Source of the DNA: Porphyridium purpureum
Taxonomy: Eukaryota
Direction of reading: 5' to 3'
DNA: 64,000 nucleotides
Assembly (NCBI GenBank): GCA_008690995.1
Contig: VRMN01000002.1
Span: forward strand, 1,922,001-1,986,000
Position numbers and translations under genes: made by a program. Below the pieces are notes generated by a model. That model did not search any database and had not been told where the DNA came from. It worked only from the letters and a program-made list of their open reading frames with translations. Positions 59,744-64,000 of the stretch are shown piece by piece (position 1 is the first letter of the stretch; each line of letters starts with the position of its first letter).

Positions 59744-61078
59744 ATGGCGGAGGAAACGACGCGGCTCATGCCAAGTTCCACCGGACAGCGTGACTTTGCG
59801 CATGTTGCGGCGCCGACTTTGACCACTTTGATCGGAGCGGTCCAGGCCATTCTGCTGCTTCTCTTCCTCGGCGGATCGACGTACTCGCGCGACGACTACT
59901 CGCCGGCCGAATACATCATTTTCCGCGATATCATGGTCATGCTGCTTCTGGGCTTCGGCTTCCTGATGACGTTCTTGAAAAAGTATGGACTGGGAGCAGT
60001 CGGACTGACCCTGTTGCTCTCGGTGCTTGCTATTCAAATGAACGTCTTTGCAGAGCTCGGCGCCCGATTCGTGCATAGCTTGTTTACTGGTGTGCAGGAG
60101 GAGGATGCTGTTCTCCCTTTACCAATAGGCATGTCGACCATGATTGATGGCGAGTTCGCCGCTGCCACGCTCCTGATTTCTTATGGCGCGGTGCTAGGCC
60201 GGGCGTCTCCTGTGCAGCTGGTAATTATGGCGATCGGACAGGCAGTCTTCTATGCCATCAACAAGGCTGTGTTTGTGCTTGGCATCCTTGGCGCCGAGGA
60301 CGTGGGCGGGAGTATGACCATTCACCTGTTTGGTGCTTTGTTTGGGCTGGCTGCGTCGTTTGCCCTCGGTGCCCCAAGGCACGCGTCGAGCTCCAGTAAC
60401 GCGCAACCGAGCGCGGTGTCTGATGTGTTCGCACTGATTGGTACCACGCTGCTGTGGGTATTCTGGCCTAGCTTTGTGAGTGCAACCGAATCTGCGGTGC
60501 CGGCGTACACGAGCAGGTGCGTGCTGCACACCGTGCTCGCACTGCTTGGAAGCACTGCCGCCGCATTCTACATGAGCGTGAAAAAGTGCCACGGGAAGCT
60601 TGACCCCGTCCACCTTGCCAACTCGACCCTAGCGGGTGGCGTCGCGGTCGGCTCGTCGGCCCGCCTCGGCATGACGCCTGGTGGCGCGCTTGCGCTCGGC
60701 GTGCTCGCAGGAGTGGTTTCTGTCTATGGATACGTCTACTTGACGCCCAAGCTGGAGAAAAGCTGCCATGTGTACGACACCTGCGGAGTGGGCAACTTGC
60801 ACGGCTTGCCAGGCATGCTAGGTGGGCTTGGGAGTGTGGTGTTTGTGGTGCTGGACCCACATGCTCCGTTTCTTCAGTACGGCGTTGTGGCACAGTGCGC
60901 ACGTCAGATACTCGCAGTCGCTTGTACTGTCGCAATCGCGATTGGTTCAGGACTTTTGACGGGACTCGTAATGGCCAAAAGTACCGGTGGCAAGGACGCG
61001 GACTTCGAGCCGTACGATGATGCGGTATGGTTTGAAGGCCCGTATTTTGAAGTGGAGGCGCAGCATGCCAAAGTTTAG
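59744..61078 (+). CDS. Rhesus (Rh50)-type ammonium/CO2 channel
   Basis: FRDIMVMLLLGFGFLMTFLKKYG, LISYGAVLG, DVGGSMTIHLFGA, LWVFWPSF, NSTLAGGVAVG, DTCGVGNLHGLPG. Confidence 0.93.
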   Translation: MAEETTRLMPSSTGQRDFAHVAAPTLTTLIGAVQAILLLLFLGGSTYSRDDYSPAEYIIFRDIMVMLLLGFGFLMTFLKKYGLGAVGLTLLLSVLAIQMNVFAELGARFVHSLFTGVQEEDAVLPLPIGMSTMIDGEFAAATLLISYGAVLGRASPVQLVIMAIGQAVFYAINKAVFVLGILGAEDVGGSMTIHLFGALFGLAASFALGAPRHASSSSNAQPSAVSDVFALIGTTLLWVFWPSFVSATESAVPAYTSRCVLHTVLALLGSTAAAFYMSVKKCHGKLDPVHLANSTLAGGVAVGSSARLGMTPGGALALGVLAGVVSVYGYVYLTPKLEKSCHVYDTCGVGNLHGLPGMLGGLGSVVFVVLDPHAPFLQYGVVAQCARQILAVACTVAIAIGSGLLTGLVMAKSTGGKDADFEPYDDAVWFEGPYFEVEAQHAKV

Positions 61079-61135
61079 TAAACGTCGCCTTCGTCTTTCT
61101 TCTTTCTATTTCTGTTATCCGCCTGCGCTCGCGCT

Positions 61136-62356
61136 CTACACGTTAAATCTGAAGAGCATCACGTCGCCCTCCCTCACTACGTAGTCCTTGCCTTCTGAGC
61201 GGAGGAGACCCTTTTCCTTGGCATCCTTTTCGGAGCCTGCCGCTATGAGGTCCTCGCATCCAATGGTCTCAGCGCGAATGAACCCGCGCTCAAAATCTGA
61301 GTGAATCACGCCGGCAGCTTGTGGCGCCTTCATTCCGCGACGAATAGTCCAAGCTCGTGTCTCAGTCGGACCTGACGTAAAGTAGGTCTGCAGCTGGAGG
61401 AGCTCGTAAGCGGCACGAATCAGGTTCCTCAGACCGGAATTTGCTTCCGTCACACCAAGCGCCTCCAAAAACTCGGCGCGCTCTTCTGGTTCCAGAGAGA
61501 TCAGTTCAGCTTCCACTTGCGCGGAGACCACCACGACAGACGAGCCTTCCTTGGTGGCAAACGCACGTACTCGCTCCACAAACTCATTGCCTTCGGCCAA
61601 ATCACTGTCGGACACATTGGCCGCGAAAATGACCGGCTTTAATGTCAGCAGGCCCAGTGGCTTGATTTTCTCGAGCTCCTCTTCTGTGAGCTCCACGAGG
61701 CGGGCAGGAATCGCCTCATCAAGCGCTTTTAGCAGTTTCTCGAGAGCATTCACCTCATCTTGTGAGTAATCGGCGGGCTTTGCGCGTCCCTTCCTGGCCT
61801 TGTCGAGGCGCTTCTCCACCTGCGCGTAATCTGCGAGCGCGAGCTCGAGGTTAATGACCTCGATGTCGCGCAGTGGGTCCACCGAACCAGAAACGTGGAT
61901 GACATTTTCGTCTTCAAAGCACCGCACTACGTGGACAATCGCGTCGCACTCACGAATGTTCTGCAAAAACTTGTTACCGAGCCCTTCGCCCTTTGACGCG
62001 CCCTCAACCAGACCCGCAATATCGACAAAGTCAATTACGGCAGGCGTCACTTTGACCGACTTGTTGATCAGCTTGAGCTTCTCCAAGCGCGGGTCCGGCA
62101 CAGCGACAACGCCGACGTTGGGCTCGATGGTACAAAACGGAAAGTTGGCGGCCTGAGCATTGCCATTCTCCACAATCGCATTGAACAGCGTCGACTTGCC
62201 AACATTGGGTAGCCCCACAATGCCGGTCTGCAACTTCATGTGGATAGCCGTCCCGCATATCGCGCGGCGCGCCCTCGCTGCGCCTGTCGATGACACCGCC
62301 AATACATTTCGTGCAGACGCCCGCAATACCGGGACCGCGTGATGGAAGCACACCAT
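61136..62356 (-). CDS. ychF: YchF/EngD Obg-family ATPase, plastid-targeted
   Basis: GIVGLPNVGKST, ANFPFCTIEPN, DIAGLV.GAS.GEGLGN.FL, APQAAGVIHSDFERGFIRAE, C-terminal FRFNV. Confidence 0.96.
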   Translation of the reverse strand: MVCFHHAVPVLRASARNVLAVSSTGAARARRAICGTAIHMKLQTGIVGLPNVGKSTLFNAIVENGNAQAANFPFCTIEPNVGVVAVPDPRLEKLKLINKSVKVTPAVIDFVDIAGLVEGASKGEGLGNKFLQNIRECDAIVHVVRCFEDENVIHVSGSVDPLRDIEVINLELALADYAQVEKRLDKARKGRAKPADYSQDEVNALEKLLKALDEAIPARLVELTEEELEKIKPLGLLTLKPVIFAANVSDSDLAEGNEFVERVRAFATKEGSSVVVVSAQVEAELISLEPEERAEFLEALGVTEANSGLRNLIRAAYELLQLQTYFTSGPTETRAWTIRRGMKAPQAAGVIHSDFERGFIRAETIGCEDLIAAGSEKDAKEKGLLRSEGKDYVVREGDVMLFRFNV

Positions 62357-62459
62357 ACCAACGATATTCTCCTCTACAACGACCACGCAATCCCTCTGCG
62401 TCCGAGATCTCCCTCACGACGTTCCGCCGGCGTCGGCAGCGACTGGACAAGCGCGCGAG

Positions 62460-63098
62460 ATGCATGGCAAGAAGCGACGACGCAGAACAGGGTCGGTCCG
62501 CGTGATAGATGACGAGGACGAGGACGCGCCAGCGCTCGGCGTCGAGAAACTTGCGCGCGACCGGGGGATCTCTAGCAGACACGTCGAGCCGCGCAGTTCA
62601 AAGGATGGTGTGAACGCGGGCGAGAAAGGTTGGAAGCGCGATGGACAGCTTGAGCAGGACATGCACGTAGTATATCAAAGCCAAGCGATAGGTCCATTAC
62701 CGCACAGCGATGATCGGCATGAGTCAGTGGAAGCTGTGTACGAAGACATCGACGCTGCGGTAGTGGTGGCAGTGGAGGAGGCAGCTGCAGGTGGGTCGGT
62801 GCGTGTATCGGGGACGTCAGCGAACAGAGCCGAAAAGGAGCGCAAGAGCGAAATTGAAATTGAGTTTCACGACCCGATGGCCGCACTGGACAGCGCTCAT
62901 CAGAATAGCGAAGCTGGGCGGCAGAAGAGAACGGCATGGCGAGAAGCGGCCATGAACAATCGGTTCGGAATCCTGCCGGGCCCCAATTGGGATGGCGTCG
63001 TCCGTGGAAATGGGTTTGAGCAGCGGCTCTTTGCGAGAAAAATCCGAGCAGATGTCCGGCGTGACGCTAGACATCGTTTCCAGACGTCAGATATGTAA
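62460..63098 (+). CDS. BUD13: BUD13/CWC26 (RES complex) homolog, short
   Basis: DPMA and NRFGILPGPNWDGVVRGNGFE, ending SDM. Confidence 0.8.
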   Translation: MHGKKRRRRTGSVRVIDDEDEDAPALGVEKLARDRGISSRHVEPRSSKDGVNAGEKGWKRDGQLEQDMHVVYQSQAIGPLPHSDDRHESVEAVYEDIDAAVVVAVEEAAAGGSVRVSGTSANRAEKERKSEIEIEFHDPMAALDSAHQNSEAGRQKRTAWREAAMNNRFGILPGPNWDGVVRGNGFEQRLFARKIRADVRRDARHRFQTSDM

Positions 63099-63223
63099 CA
63101 TTTGCCTGATGAACATAAATTTACTAACGATTTCGTTAACCTCAGTTTGGTTACGGGAGAACTTGTCTTGGTGGCTTTTGCAACATAGGTCGCTCGGCCT
63201 GTCCTGTGGCGTCGGCATTCACG

Positions 63224-64000
63224 ATGCTGCCGTTGGAGTGGACTTCCGTGTCCTTTGTCGGGCAGAACGGCATCAATGGTCACCGTGGTCATTCCGAGTG
63301 GTGGATAAGAACGCAGCCGGGATCCGCACGCACAAACCGGCGTTCTTGCACATCCGCGCAAGCCAGCGTTGAGAAAAGTGACGACAAAGCCGCCATCTCG
63401 CTGGGTGGAAAGCTGCAATTGCGCACGCCTGTGGTCTTGGCGCCCATGGCCGGGATAACAAACTGGCCCTTTCGCTCTCTGTGCCGCGAATTCGCACACA
63501 ATGATGGCCTGTTTGTTTCCGAAATGGTGCTGGCGTCGGGCCTGGTGGACGAGGGCGGCAACGCGGAGAAAACAGCCATGATTGGCGCTTTCCACGAGTC
63601 CGAATCCCCGCGAAGTATTCAATTGTATGGCACGGAACCGGAATTGCTTCGTCGGGCTGTGCGAAGGCTGATTGAGGATGAACACACACGTGTTGACTCC
63701 ATTGATCTGAACTTTGGCTGCCCAATGAAGAAGATCACTTCCAAAGGCGGTGGCGCGGCAATACCAGCAGACCCTCAGAAATTGCGAGACATTGTGAATG
63801 CCGTCGTGCAAGAGGCAAGTCGCGCTGATGCACCCCGAAATGTTCCCATCACTGCGAAATTTCGGCTTGGACTGAGTGCCGAGCTTGGCGACACGTTCCT
63901 CGATTGTGGCAGGGCATGTGAAGACGCAGGCATTGCAATGGTCGGGCTGCACGCTCGGTACGCTGACCAGATGTACAGCGGTGAGGCAGACTGGTCCAAA
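63224..64000 (+). CDS. dusB: tRNA-dihydrouridine synthase DusB-like (partial, runs off the window)
   Basis: Not in the ORF track. My translation from ATG 63224 gives VVLAPMAGITN, FVSEMV, SIQLYG, IDLNFGCP, AKFRLG, LHAR...MYSGEADW. Confidence 0.9.
   Translation, partial: MLPLEWTSVSFVGQNGINGHRGHSEWWIRTQPGSARTNRRSCTSAQASVEKSDDKAAISLGGKLQLRTPVVLAPMAGITNWPFRSLCREFAHNDGLFVSEMVLASGLVDEGGNAEKTAMIGAFHESESPRSIQLYGTEPELLRRAVRRLIEDEHTRVDSIDLNFGCPMKKITSKGGGAAIPADPQKLRDIVNAVVQEASRADAPRNVPITAKFRLGLSAELGDTFLDCGRACEDAGIAMVGLHARYADQMYSGEADWSK

Overview
Gene-dense, GC-rich eukaryotic nuclear DNA with about 38 protein genes and no intron that I can see. Several features point to a unicellular red alga of the Porphyridium type (inference): N-terminal plastid transit peptides of the red-algal 'AF/FV' type, a glucan water dikinase without a transit peptide (cytosolic floridean starch), a nuclear-encoded plastid sigma factor, a Cet1/TTM-type RNA triphosphatase, PCCB and an Rh channel. 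Most genes are housekeeping: TAF13, GWD, CCT3, CSN4, CHMP2, POP1, uL1m, a CDF transporter, PEX22, Bet1, PCCB, RPE, PDS5, CDS, YchF, BUD13 and Dus. I found no tRNA, rRNA, CRISPR array or transposon. The most unusual element is at 5209-6143. It is a strongly codon-biased 214-aa coiled-coil protein with an internal two-fold repeat, resembling prokaryotic/phage DIP1984(DUF6847)-like proteins. Directly after its stop codon lies a ~290-nt segment closed by a long-range stem and filled with hairpins, making this a candidate protein + ncRNA module. Other notable items: a divergent 8-bp GATA-type repeat array before the Zn transporter; a GTACAGT heptamer enriched between genes; a soluble RHD3-like GTPase with a beta-rich tail; a standalone PRMT3-like domain; a pseudo-PLA2 overlapping a DUF1338 gene; three genes with tiny gaps suggesting polycistronic expression; and several HGT candidates. 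Family calls come from motif recognition by eye; no searches or folding programs were run.
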